A stretch of DNA of 62,677 nucleotides, the filler included, from Asterionella formosa (Eukaryota), in NCBI GenBank assembly GCA_002256025.1. It is 18 parts of 18 records of this genome, joined end to end, with 100 filler letters (N's around TTAATTAATTAA, not from the genome) between each part and the next. Parts side by side here need not be neighbours in the genome. Positions count along the whole stretch, not along the records: positions 38,446 to 41,827 come from NKIB01014193.1; positions 41,928 to 45,308 come from NKIB01014194.1; positions 45,409 to 48,787 come from NKIB01014195.1; positions 48,888 to 52,258 come from NKIB01014196.1; positions 52,359 to 55,732 come from NKIB01014197.1; 13 more parts are not named here. One strand, 5' to 3'. Positions 40,401 through 52,949 of the stretch are shown here, piece after piece. Below the pieces are notes generated by a model. That model was not told the origin of the DNA and made no database searches. It saw only the letters and a program-made list of their open reading frames with translations. Position 1 is the first letter of the stretch. The number at the start of each line of letters is the position of its first letter. A program made the translations under genes and the position numbers.

Positions 40401-42891
40401 CCCAGCTCTAGATAGGTAAATAGCATTGGATTCAAACTTTGCCAAATTTGATGTTGCTGCTAGCATTGCTTAAGAAAAACAACCTTTTCCTAATGTCTAG
40501 CGAGATATCTGATAAATATACATGATTTGGTAAATATTTATGTATATACATGGTTGCTAACATAGCTACTATTGCATTCCCATCCAATCTCATCTGACCA
40601 ACTGTGCTACTAATTTCGACATCTTGTTTTTAAAAGTAAATACTTATTCTAATTTGCACGACACCCTACTACTATTATAGCAGTAAACTAATCGAGTTGT
40701 CAATTGATTCGACAGCTAGACAACAAAAAGCTCCAAATCTTGCCTGAAATACTTAAGTTCATCACATCTTCAGTCAATAATGCTTGTTTCCACACTCTCT
40801 AGATATAATCTCAAGGATGATACACCAAACATGACCCAATCTTTGTTGTGAATTAATTTTTTAGCACACGCCCATTCCAATCCCCATTAATGGTCTCAAC
40901 ATGGCAACCACTGCACCTGTCATTATTTACAGCATTAGAACTGATTTGCCTAATCCTGGATCACCTCCAATGACTGTCAATGATCTGCTCATAATATCTC
41001 AAAGAAAAATATTGTTTTCTTTGTCATTTTCTGGGACTTGCATGATCCTTTTAGTAGTTCTTCTAGTTGTTGCTTGGTCATCCTAAATATATGCTGGTCT
41101 TAGTACTTCTCAGGCAGCAGTAAATATCTGTCACTTGCTCTGACTGACAGATTTTCAAATAGCAAGCTTTTTTTCATCTAGGCTAGGAGGGCAACTCATG
41201 GTGAAGCAAGTTGGTTTGCTCAAAATGTGATTGTGGCAGACAAAACAGGGCGGTTGTCAAATACATAGTAAGTCAAATCAGTCGTGGCAACCAGCATGTA
41301 TATTTTGAGGGGCGAACATACAAAAGAGAGAGACAACAGGTTTTACGATGTACCGGTCGGAATATTACCGGATAGTACCCGGTATAGTACAGGTACTCTA
41401 CCCCGTTTTGATGTGACTATATCATCAGGGCCAAACCGGCCGGTAAATCATAAAAAAGTTTTTCGGTGAACATTATCGTCCGTCACAACATGCAAATAAA
41501 ATAGATCTCCTTTGTGCTCGATCTTCACTTCCACCATTGTATTGTTCAAGGTACCACCAAATCATGTTGACAAGAAGGCACATAGCCTCCTCATCATCTG
41601 TGCTAGAGGAGAAGCTCAATGAGTATTTCGATCGCTTAGAGGAGGAAGAGAAGGAGCGGAGCGTTCAACAGGGAATGCATGTTTACAAGGTTTTCCCGGA
41701 CAATCGAACTTCTGATTCTACTTTATTGGCTTTTTCCCCCGAAGATAGTTACTAGATGGACAAGGTCCAACTTGCGCCGTACAGGTATTGCCGTAGTAGG
41801 GGAATCTTATATCGCCCTAAAATTGTGNNNNNNNNNNNNNNNNNNNNNNNNNNNNNNNNNNNNNNNNNNNNTTAATTAATTAANNNNNNNNNNNNNNNNN
41901 NNNNNNNNNNNNNNNNNNNNNNNNNNNATCTTTTGTAGCAGTAGGTGAACAAGCAAGGAATCTGCTGGACTGAAGATATATGTGTTAGCCATATCACAGG
42001 ATTTACTGAAATCAATAAACAAGCTTCCCCTGAGCGTCAATTGATCATATCTTTTCTGTAAGACTCCAAATGTGGACCTGGCTTGTAAGGATACACAATG
42101 AAGTTTGAATCTTGATGTTTAGTATGTTGTTATCCTTCATCAATGGGACCACTGGAACTTGAGAGGACATCAACAATATTAATTCTAATTGGACTCTTTT
42201 TGAATTCAAAGTGAAGTATCTAACTAGAAGTAGTAGTATTTGTTGAATATATGAGCTTATTTGTTAATCCTTGTGTGTAACTCGTTCTCCAAGTCGACAC
42301 CAAAGTATACAATGAGGGTTAGTCGAGTTCTCTCATTATTGAGTTCTGATACATATATGATATAACACTAACCCTATATACATCTGTATTGATGCGCAAG
42401 ATCGCTCACCTGGTACCTGGTACCAGGTATCAGGTACTGGTATGCTATAATGCAGATACCGGTACCGGTAGGCACGAGTCACGAGTACCTCAGAGTCCGG
42501 AGTGTGTGTGATGGACTCACTCGATTAATTAAATAATTTGGTAAGTAAGGCCGATGCTAACGGTTGACCAAAACGCAAACCAAACAGGGTTTTGGTTTCG
42601 GTAACCCTAAAAAACGATGCTATTGGGAGTGAACAACCCAACGCAAACGCATTACGTATAGGGGATTCCGTGCCCATATCCCAATAAGTTACCCAAACGC
42701 ATTACGTTTAGGTTTTTTTTCCAAAGTTACCTAAACGTAGGATTCCATGTTGACTACCTTGAATGTAGTCACTAGAAACCCAATTATTATCGTCGTAGAA
42801 TCACTACATATAGGACAAATCATATACCGGTATATCATATCTATATACAACAATAACTATAGGGTACTCTGTACCAGGTACCAGGGTAAGG

Positions 42892-43149
42892 TACGAGGAC
42901 CCATTCCACCCCAACTGCAAGCGCATATTTTCAATGAATGGTTCTTCTACAAAGATCAAAGGTACTGACGGTTCTCCAGGATGTCCCGTGGATGGCAGTG
43001 GTAAAGCATGGTCCCTAGATGGAATCGTCAAGGGTAACGAAATATTTGTCGACTTCACTCCCAAAGGTGGACCAAAGGATCTGAAAGGGGTTTGGGATGG
43101 ATCTGGGATCAATTGGCCCAACGGCAGCAAGTGGAGCATCAAGAACTAA
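42892..43149 (+). pseudogene. 5'-less fragment of a small algal-type protein (YxDPxHP...VDFxPKGGP...WPxG)
   Basis: Frame reads YEDPFHPNCKR...GTDGSPGCP...FVDFTPKGGPKDLKGVWDGSGINWPNGSKW; no upstream ATG or signal peptide in frame. Confidence 0.55.
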
Positions 43150-43201
43150 ACCTAATAGATACTACTAGTACCATTTACTTAGAAACCTAACATTTCAAGT
43201 T

Positions 43202-44030
43202 TCAACTGAATCGATTGTTCTTTTGCCTTGAATTCCATTGTGCAAGCTCCTCTTGTTTCTTTATTTCTTCTTCCAGGCGTGTAGTCTCACCCTCGTCATC
43301 ACTTTCTATTGGAAGTTCTTCACAGCCAATTCCGCGCATGCGTGTCAGAGCCATATAAACTTCATATCTTCGAGGACGATAGAAACATCCCACACTCTCC
43401 ACGAGGTGTACCCAAGTTGGATCGGCTGCATTCCCCACTTTTGGAAGCAAGCACGCCATTCCTCCAGAGGCGTAAGCCTTGTCAAGCTTACCCAGAAGGT
43501 CAGCAATGATGCCGAGTGAAGGATTTAATTGTGACATTTTCAAAATCCATGCAACGCATAAACCAAGTCTATGGACCACTCCTCTCCCGGCATACTGCAC
43601 GTGACCGTAGGAAAATTGACGACCAATGGATTCGGCTTTCTTGGTTGCATCTGATGCAACGTATTTATCGAGGAGGATGACATTGTTGGGAACGTCGAGC
43701 CAGTCCCCAACACCTCCAACGACAACAACTGAAGATATACCATGTGAATTATATAGTCCATTGACCCGATAAAGAAGTGGTGTTATGCTTTCATCTGCGA
43801 CTAGGGCCCGCATTCGTCCGTCTCGTGCCATAAAGTTGGCAGCACTCACATTGTACTTGTCATACCCTTGGGAGCCGGTAGATTGGAAATAAAGGCACTC
43901 ACATTGCAATTGTCGACATAGTAGCGCCCGTCCTCTGCTCGAACACAAACGGCATGACTGATGGTGACACAAAACTCTCATCCATCTCCAGGAACTTTGT
44001 TATACACACCAGCCGCAATAGTCCAAAGCA
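43202..44030 (-). pseudogene. Fragmented ABC-class ATPase-domain gene (COG3044/PF09818-like)
   Basis: GVYNKVPGDG*EFCVT, VRAEDGR, SAFISNLP in one frame; SAANFMARDGRM, ESITP, VGGVGDWLDV in another. Walker A segment is missing; TGA at 43978-43980. Confidence 0.8.
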
Positions 44031-44946
44031 TATGCTGGTGTGTACTACCAGGTAGTTCAATGACAAGACAGCAGCATCGCTCAAATTGCGGGAAAAACTA
44101 ACTAATTCCCAAATAGGAATCATAATATTTCATTTATAAAAGTAGTCTAATAGAAATATATTACTTTTTTTATAATGGTTTTGTCATCCTACGTCACAGT
44201 AGATGGGTGGTTGACAGCATTTAGGATTTCCCAAAAACCGATAGCATCGTTTTTGCGTCAGTTGACCAAAACCAAAACCAATCCAAAAATAAGTTTTTGT
44301 GTTTTGGTTTGGGTCAACGGTTAGCAACGGCCTAAGCAGCCAAAACGAAAATACCACGACGTCACTCGTAAATACAGCAATGTACATGACACGGAGAAAA
44401 ATAGAAGTATACCGTACCTTTATATACCGTGTTGTTGCTGTAAGTTCTATAAATATGATTTTTTTCGTCAAAATTGGAAGTATTCTTGAAGCAGTATTAA
44501 CATATACAATACCGGTAGTATTCAGAAACAGTACCTGGTCGTATGGTATTTTATAATACCCGGTATTTAGTACCGGTAGATAAGTACAAACCGGTATTAC
44601 GGAACATTGTTGCATAAACAATGCAGGAACTACCTGGTACCAGGTACCTGGTGCTGTAAAAATAAATTGCAACAACAGAAGATGTAACATACTGGGACAC
44701 ACCACGCACGTGTCTTTTGTACGCAGAATGGCTGTGCGCAAGAAGAAATGGCGACAAAACTTGGACGGTCGTCGTCGGGGGAGAGCAGAAGTGAGCAAAA
44801 AGGTTGGTGGGCGGAAGCAAGGATTTGTAGCATGTATATAATACGTGCATGTATATAATATGAAATCATAGCTAATACCAGGTACTGTTGATATGCCATA
44901 AGTGTACCCTCAGCTCATCTGCAATTACAAATTTTCCCTCCACACC

Positions 44947-45308
44947 ATGATGTTTGCTGTTTGCCGAAACAATTTCGCTCTCGCCGCTCGTGCGCGCATC
45001 GCTCCTCGTCGAAGGTAAGGCAAGATGATATTTTGAGAGTATGGCAAGAGAGAAGGGACGAAACTGGAAGGATCGCCGGTCGCTTCAGCCTTTTTTGAAA
45101 GATTGTTCAGTTTATCTGCAAATATCCTGTCACTGAAAAAGGAGATGGCACAAGTATCTCGAAATTGCCTTTATCGAGGTGTTGTGTTGTGTCTATGTAT
45201 CCCAACGATCTGACACATTCTTGTAACCATCAAAACTCTGGGTTGCAATTATCATTACTGCCAACGTTATGTAGCTTTGCTGCGTTTCAAGCTGCTGACA
45301 AGCACACC
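44947..45308 (+). CDS. 5' end of a mitochondrion-targeted protein (intron 45015-45274)
   Basis: Splicing GTAAGG...GTAG yields MMFAVCRNNFALAARARIAPRRSFAAFQAADKHT, an Arg-rich presequence ending in RRSF. Confidence 0.5.
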
Positions 45309-46528
45309 NNNNNNNNNNNNNNNNNNNNNNNNNNNNNNNNNNNNNNNNNNNNTTAATTAATTAANNNNNNNNNNNNNNNNNNNNNNNNNNNNNNNNNNNN
45401 NNNNNNNNCAAATGATATGCCCCCACCATGACCACAAAGGGTAACCAAACGAGACTGACATCCTCACAAAATGACAGTTCAATTTGAGATCTATTGTAAG
45501 ACTTCGATGACGTGAAGGAATAAGTGCGAAAGTGACGGCGAGGAAAGAGTTAATCAAAGAGTTAACATAAAATGAGTGCCAGAAATGTGATGAGTTGGTT
45601 GGTATAATCGGGAAAGGAAACGGAATAATCTCGATCAAGAATTTTCATTTATATTGTCTAAGTGCGTCTGTGTTTGAAATGATACCGCTGATGATGGGAG
45701 GCATGTTTTATCAACTTTATTCAGGTATGTATATGAAAAAGTACTCCTTTTATTTTCATATTTGCATGCGAGCCACGATGTCATCGTTTGATGTGCTGAC
45801 ATCGGCCAAAATCACTTTCTTACATGACGCTTACGTAACGGTATGTAAATTGTAAACTCATTTATTATATACATAGGACATACCTATGATAATACCGGTA
45901 AGGACTTACGGTAATACGAGATGCTTGCATCATCATGCAGCTGATGACTCAGTCCAAAATTTGACGCGGTACCTACCGGTAAAAGTTCGCATACCGGCAT
46001 ACTATTTTCCATAGGGGTCCTGGTACCTGGTGCCTGTTCCACGTACCGGTATATACATTAATTGGACAAAAGTCGTATTCCGATACTTGCTGTCACATAG
46101 ATTATTCACATTAGTTACCGTTAATTACTAAAGAATGCAATCACAATGCATACATACGCACCGGAACCGGGTACCCTGGTAGTGCGAAAGAACTTTTGAT
46201 TTATTCTACGTAGACGAAAATACGATCGGTATACATGTACTGCCAAGATCATATTATTTCCGGACGCCTCCTACATACCGGTATGTTGATGCCAATGCTA
46301 CTGGGTAATGGGCACGCTACCGGTATATCAAGAATAATACCCCGAATGTATGAAATACTGGTACCACCTGCATTCTTTGGGTTTGGACCACCAAGTGATG
46401 GTTTCATTTCAAGAAAAGGTGGAATGAAAAACAAGGTGAACATGCTCTGGATTGCTTAGGAGTTATGTGGGCAGTTCACATTGCAAAATATGGTAGGAAA
46501 TGTATTTACGCTGCCACCACCACCACCA

Positions 46529-47878
46529 CTACTCCTCCATCATTTGCCCTTTTCCAAAAAGCAATTTGGTAAGATATTCTCCCAAATCTATACCTGATAG
46601 GGCTGCTCCTTCAAATCCTGGTGTGTACATGGACACCATGTCCCCTGCTTGGAACAGCATTTGGTCATTGTCAGCAATGAAATTTTGGTCATTGCCGTCA
46701 TTCCATTCTTGAACCACAATGGTAGTAGGAGCCAATGGTCCCTTCCCAGAGTCATACACAACCCCAGACAGAATTTGTCGGGTAGGAGATAGTTCATTTA
46801 AATGTTTATGTGCCGGCATGGCAGACCCCCATCGTTGGGCTCCTAAAAATGTTGTTTTTGGTACCTTACCTCCCCCCTGAATTGCATCAAAGCCCAATCC
46901 ACCTCGACTCAAAATGCTACGAAATGCGTCTTCTAATTGCGCTCCTGGAACATTTAAACAATCTGATGATTGAGGAATGAATTGTCCAGTTATTGGATCT
47001 TGCATGGGTGTATCTTTTATTGCTTGTATGGCATAGTCTGGTGTTGACACCAAAGTCCAGCAATCATCCATGTCGCTACTAAATCCTGGTTTCGATTTAG
47101 TCCGAGCTGCAAACCAAAGTCGATCATCCTTTGCGAAGGAAGCAGCACTAACACTAATTGGTAGCGGTGTTTCAAAGGCAATGGTACAAGCAAACAATGG
47201 AACGCGAGCTCCGGCCCGAGTTCGGACTCGTGCCGCAAAGTCTAGAGGAACTCCTGCTGAGGCTCGATGCCACGCATCAAAGGAAGAGCTGACATCTGTC
47301 AATACGACTGCATCGTATCCGTGTCCTAGCGTTAGTAGTGGTTGTTCAGTAGCTTTTGTTGTTTCTGGTGTATCATGAAAGGCAGCATCTCCTGCCGTCC
47401 CAAACAGTGTCCACTTTTTGGTATCATCATTTCGTTGCATAGACGCCACCCGATGTCCAGTGTAGACCTTCAAGCGTCCAGATGCTGCCATATTCTGATC
47501 TAGTAATAGTCGTTGTGGTATAGTATGAATTCCTCCAATGCCTACATAAAAGGGTGGGCAATGTGGTAGTCCGAAAAAGTCTGCCTCTGGAGAATCAGTG
47601 GTAAACACTCCATCCCATTCGGCTGCGATGCCCTGTTGGATCCATGTCTGAACCATCGCTTTAAATCTAGGAGTGTCGGCACGAAAGAATTGACATCCAT
47701 GATCCCAATGTCGTCGTGTGCCATTGACTCGATGCGAAGTCCGTCCACCAACTCCAGATCGGCCTTGATCAAATAGATCGACCTTGATGCAAGATCTTAA
47801 TGATGACGATGATGAAAGCAATGTTGAAGCAACAGAAGTTCCTGCAATTCCTCCACCAATAATAGCAATATGAACCAT
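46529..47878 (-). CDS. Renalase-like FAD/NAD(P)-dependent oxidoreductase
   Basis: IAIIGGGIAG Rossmann motif, DQGR..GGR, WDHGCQFF, QRWGSA, AGD...GFEGAALSG. Complete 449-aa ORF. Confidence 0.9.
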   Translation of the reverse strand: MVHIAIIGGGIAGTSVASTLLSSSSSLRSCIKVDLFDQGRSGVGGRTSHRVNGTRRHWDHGCQFFRADTPRFKAMVQTWIQQGIAAEWDGVFTTDSPEADFFGLPHCPPFYVGIGGIHTIPQRLLLDQNMAASGRLKVYTGHRVASMQRNDDTKKWTLFGTAGDAAFHDTPETTKATEQPLLTLGHGYDAVVLTDVSSSFDAWHRASAGVPLDFAARVRTRAGARVPLFACTIAFETPLPISVSAASFAKDDRLWFAARTKSKPGFSSDMDDCWTLVSTPDYAIQAIKDTPMQDPITGQFIPQSSDCLNVPGAQLEDAFRSILSRGGLGFDAIQGGGKVPKTTFLGAQRWGSAMPAHKHLNELSPTRQILSGVVYDSGKGPLAPTTIVVQEWNDGNDQNFIADNDQMLFQAGDMVSMYTPGFEGAALSGIDLGEYLTKLLFGKGQMMEE

Positions 47879-48309
47879 TGTCAGGCCGCCGTTGGAAGTT
47901 GGGTGATGGGTGTACCACTACTACTACTATGTACTACTTCTGCTGCTGATGCTGATGCTGATCATCCAATCATGATGGTGAATGATTTGATCTACAACCA
48001 AGGTATGACACAACTAATGATGGGATTTAGGACTCTCACAGAGTCATCATTCTTCCAACAAAAGCCAGCAAGGCAGCCAAAGAAATATCTTATCCATACT
48101 ACGTACGCACTACCGGCGGTATATCTTACTGGTACTGTATCTTATGGTCATGTGAGATATCGATACATACCGAAGTACTATCATGCATCAGTTCAGTTCT
48201 ACCGGACAAAGTACCAGGATTCTGTGTACCTCCACCGGACAATCGTCCGGACTTGAAAGTGTTATGGAAACTGTAGATAATTGAAGAATAGTAACTTAAA
48301 TGAAGGCTT

Positions 48310-48787
48310 GTAGACTCTATGTTTCGGAATAAAGTGAGCTAAATGTTAAATGATAAAAGTAGAACAAGCTAGGAGTTGTCGCCAGTTGACAACAGTCAAG
48401 TTGGAGAGACAGGAAATTATTAATAGTGGAGTTACCACGATGGACATGACTGTTGTGGGACCGGAACTTGTTAATAGGGGGCGGAGTAACCATGATGGAC
48501 AGGACTGTTGTGGGACAAGAAAATAGTAATAGAGGAGAAACAACAGTCTTGGCAGGGCTGTTAAGAGACAGAAAGTTAGTAGTAGGTGGAGTATCCACGA
48601 TGGGCAGAGAGGTATAAGTTGGTATTTAACTCTCCCTCTCAGCTGAGCAAGGGAGGCAAGATGTCACCAACCACAGACGAGTTTGCGAATAGCTGTAAAT
48701 TTCTCAGCAACAAGACCTTTGGTAAAAATGTCGGCGGGGTTGACTGCAGTGTCAATTTTTAGGATGCGTAGCACGCCAGATAGGACA
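48310..48787 (-). mobile_element. 3' end of a Copia element (RNase H C-terminus, polypurine tract, probable LTR)
   Basis: KIDTAVNPADIFTKGL...RKLVCGW* (stop 48664-48666), then GAGAGGGAG and a region with repeated CCATCRTGG units. Far boundary approximate. Confidence 0.8.
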
Positions 48788-51015
48788 NNNNNNNNNNNNN
48801 NNNNNNNNNNNNNNNNNNNNNNNNNNNNNNNTTAATTAATTAANNNNNNNNNNNNNNNNNNNNNNNNNNNNNNNNNNNNNNNNNNNNTGCTAAGTGGCAC
48901 AGGATTTTCACATATATGATAGTTTTTCGATCAAAAATATCATCAATGTATCATATAATTATGATCATGCAGTAAACTTTTACCGAGCTTGAAGTATGAT
49001 GAGACTATCATAGTTATAATACCATTGCATCATATAATTAGTTAAACATGGTCATATGATGTGTATACTTTTGTCATACATCTATCTTAGCATGATCGTA
49101 ATTATCATCGATATCACTGTCTAAAATAGGATGAAATTGATCGAAATTTAGAGAACTATATTTAGCTAAGAATGGTTCTATGATTCTATCATATCTTAAG
49201 TGGCTACAGAATGTTCTACAATGCTCTCATCGCAATGATTGTTGGCGCCGCTTTCACTTCCACCTTCCCCCCAATCCAATTCTGAAGGTTGTTGTACCGG
49301 TTGCCTTGCCGCTGTTCCCCTGCTTGCTTTGTTCCATTTACTCCTGATGGATCTGAGTTTGCATTCACGCATTTTCCTATTACTATTAAATCCGTTTCGT
49401 TGTCCCAATCATAATAACAAAGAGAAGCAATTCATTGTTAGCTGTTCATGTTTTGCTTACACAACAACATTCATTTCGCTTCTATCTTGCTTCTCTTAAT
49501 ACCACAAATTGAGGAAGTAACTGATGCATATTTCTGTAGAAGAATGTGTCAGTCGAAGATTGAATGAGAAGCAAAGTATCGATCAATAAATGGTCTCCAA
49601 CACTGCTGTTTGTAACTTACAATTACTGTTTGTCTACCATTATCCTGAAAGAACAAACACATATGTGTCAGTTTTTCTAACAGTTGTAGATTGATTCAAA
49701 GATGGCTGATAGTCAGCACTTACCGATTTCTTTTGTCCACAGCCATTGATGGTTGGCCAGTCACCAAATCGAAAAGGAGCTATTGAATCACTGAAAGCAA
49801 GGGGACGAGTCATTCCGTAATTGTAATCTCAACAATTGATCATCCTGGCATATGCTCTTGACATGCTGTGATACTATACACAGCTTGTTGATTCCGCCCT
49901 TCTCCGCCCATCATATTCACTCCTTCTTAGCCGCATGGTGTATTGTCACTTCAGTTTTTCGTTGATTGAGAACCTTCATTTCAGGAAGTGTATGCAGCAT
50001 GACAAGGAACATGAAAGGCATTTGCTCTTGACTTACCATCAATTGATTCCGCCCTTCTCTTCTAAGCCGCAAGTATCGCTCATTGTGCTTTATTATCACT
50101 TTCGTTTTCCGCGTCATCATCTGTGTTAATCCTTCAATTCAGGAGCAAAGTGTATGCATGACAAGGTACCACATGAAAACATGATTTCAAATGTTTCAGC
50201 CATGAATACATATACATATAAAGATTTGTAAGAAGTTTAAATGTATATATAGTTGAACATTTGCATAGTTTGAAACACCCTCATGCATGATACGGCACAT
50301 CCTGTGTATACTTTCATCAATTTTGATTATACATAATTCAAATATATACAATGCATGATGAGTTCATAGTTTTCCACGACCTGTTGAGTTTTTTCAATTT
50401 GTGTTGTGTCAATTCTTGTACCTACAAGTCAGTGGCTGATTTAAATAAACCCCTTAATAAACGGGAGTCATCACAAATTTTTCAAATGGTCGAAATCATA
50501 CATTTATGTATATAGACATATTGACCAAAATTCATATGGCCTACCGGTAGTACTGTATAATTGCTGGTAATTACTTCCATCATGGAAATACCACAATAGT
50601 GCAGCGAAAAACTGAATGTGCTCATGTGTATAGGATCATTTGATCATACTTTTAAGATCAATTAATCCTGATTCTTGAAAATAAATTTTGATTGTTCATT
50701 TTCTCATCAACGACACCGTTCATCATATGATCAATATGTTCTCATGATCAAAGTTATAGGATAAACGAATCTAAATTAATTGATTAAAGATCATAGTTTA
50801 TACCGGAGTATTTGCTCATGCATGCAACCCCTTCCTCCCCCTGTATACATTACGGAAGTAATAACCCCCAAGCTACCAAACTTTTATGTCTTGTAAGAAT
50901 TATCGCAGCATGCATGCATACATGGTGACTCCTACTGGTATATACAATGCGGAAATGATCACCACCAGACTACCAATCCTATAGGTCCTGTAGAATTATC
51001 GCAACATGGCTGCAT

Positions 51016-52258
51016 ATCTAATGAAAGGGCGGGAGGAGTCATCCATGCACCTGTATAGTATGAAATATGGACATGATCAAATATAGCTACTAGTCTACAC
51101 AAGGAGCAGTGCATCATATATGCCCTGCTGTTGTTATTTGAATTCCTATGAAATCTCTTGATCTGTTCTGCGCTTTTTCGCTACAATTGTTTTCATTGGC
51201 TGTTTCACTGGAGAGCATTCGAACTGATTGTGCTTTGAACGAAGCAATGATCAAAGTCCACCCCATTGAAAATGGTGAGTCTCACAACTAAGTAACAGCC
51301 AGTCGATTAAAATTGGACTGTCTTTTGTGCAACCTCGCTCGTTGTGATTGTACTTGACTTGGCAGCTGTCAGCCAAGAGCAGCCATGGCATGCCATCATC
51401 TATTGTCTATACAAGTTTCGAATGCGTTCAGCTATGATATCTTTTGCTCCCCCCTCCTAAACACTATCTCACCACCCTTGTCATAGATTTTTCTTTATCC
51501 TTCGGCATCACAGGCCCAGGTTACTCAATGCCTTCATCTGCAAGGAGTTCAGCCAAGCAGGTCCACGTTGGCGTAAAGAAAACCTCAACCCCGATTTTCC
51601 TCACATGCTCCACCCATTGACTTCTTCATTGATGAAGTCGAGGTAGCTATACTGACGACATCAGGTGGTGCAGGCTTGTGTATAGATTGATGATGCTGAA
51701 AGCATTGCTTCATTTTCCGGTAGGTATCTATTTGTCAACATTGTTTGGTTCAATCCATTCTTGTTCCCGCAAGGAGACCAGAAGCAATTATCCCTTTACT
51801 TCTCCTCCCAAGAACCTTCATTTCTCTTTCACAATTGTCCTAATGTTTGCAGAGCATTTTTAGTTCCCTTTTGATTTTTCCACTGGTTTCGATCCCTTTT
51901 GCATTCAAGTCAAGAAACAAGCAACTCATTGAGATTTCTGGAGGTCTCGGTCAGTGGCACCATAAAGCAACAATCAACAGATCATGGCGGCTGTTCTACA
52001 TTTTCTGTAGCAAGTGACATTCAAAAAGGGTCTGGGATCATTGGGGAGAAAAATCAGTAGGATTCTCTGTGTTTGCCCCGCCCATTTGGCAGCCATTCTA
52101 CCATTGCTTCCTCGCACCAATCAATACTAGATAGTATAGCTAATGAAAACCGTAATTAGATGAAATGTGACTTCCGGTTTCTAATATTTTACATTGTTGC
52201 ACTACTGAAACTTGAATCCATAAATGGGCATTCAACTTGTGCTTCTTGCATTTTTGCA
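51016..52258 (-). pseudogene. Highly degenerate Tc1/IS630-like transposase relic
   Basis: Minus-strand remnants VEVFFTP..AEL..EGIE..W and ETH...DFD with many stops. Ends match 4726-5032 and 55513-55732. Confidence 0.5.
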
Positions 52259-52358
52259 NNNNNNNNNNNNNNNNNNNNNNNNNNNNNNNNNNNNNNNNNN
52301 NNTTAATTAATTAANNNNNNNNNNNNNNNNNNNNNNNNNNNNNNNNNNNNNNNNNNNN

Positions 52359-52945
52359 GATGTATGGGAAGTAGCTAGTGAGTTCAAACGAATGAACAAT
52401 GGTTTGATTGGCACACACAGCCTTCGGAAGTACCCATCAACACATGCACGTTGAAATGGCTGCTCCTGGGATGATGTTGCCTTCCATGGACGCTGGAAAC
52501 GGCGCACAGAACAAGTTGACACTTACATTGATGTTGAGCTACCTTATCCAGACGCCAAGGTTGCGGCAGCCCTTTGTATTGACGGCCCATGCAAGTATGT
52601 TCTGAATGAAGAAAGCGGTGCGTCTGATGATTGGCTTCTGCAATATGTAGTGCCAAATATATGCATGGAATTTCCACGGAATGTGGCACTAACGCTGGCA
52701 CATCCACTCCTTCATTGGGCGGCTTTTGAGCCAAGTCTACTGGGTTTCTTACCAGGCAAGCTGACACAACGGATCCAGATGGCATACGCACTTGTACGTA
52801 ATCTACCACAAGGTACAAATCCTGTGGGGAAACGGCTACTTGTTGTGAATGGTGCAGAGGCGGAACTCTACATTGACGAGATCTGGGATCCAGATGAGTT
52901 TTCGAACAATGTGGGTGAAGAAGTTGCTGAAGTGTCAATTGCCCG
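52359..52945 (+). pseudogene. Crypton-type (CryptonS-like) tyrosine recombinase fragment
   Basis: Frame from the contig start: GLIGTHSLRKYPSTHAR*NGC..DD..HGRWK..QVDTYID..LPYPDAKVAAALC, with HxxR, GRW and a candidate catalytic Tyr. TGA at 52452-52454. Confidence 0.75.
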
Positions 52946-52949
52946 ACAT

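Larger units (their letters stand above)
42549..44332. mobile_element. Non-autonomous PIF/Harbinger-type TIR element carrying gene fragments (candidate Pack-TIR)
   Basis: TAA|GGCCGATGCTAACGGTTGACC ... GGTCAACGGTTAGCAACGGCC|TAA (19/21 inverted match). Second inverted motif AAAAACGATGCTAT (~42610) / ATAGCATCGTTTTT (~44241). Confidence 0.65.

Noticed and set aside
44184..44899. 204-aa and overlapping ORFs
   Set aside because: They span a TIR and GGTACC-rich non-coding DNA, and the translations look spurious.
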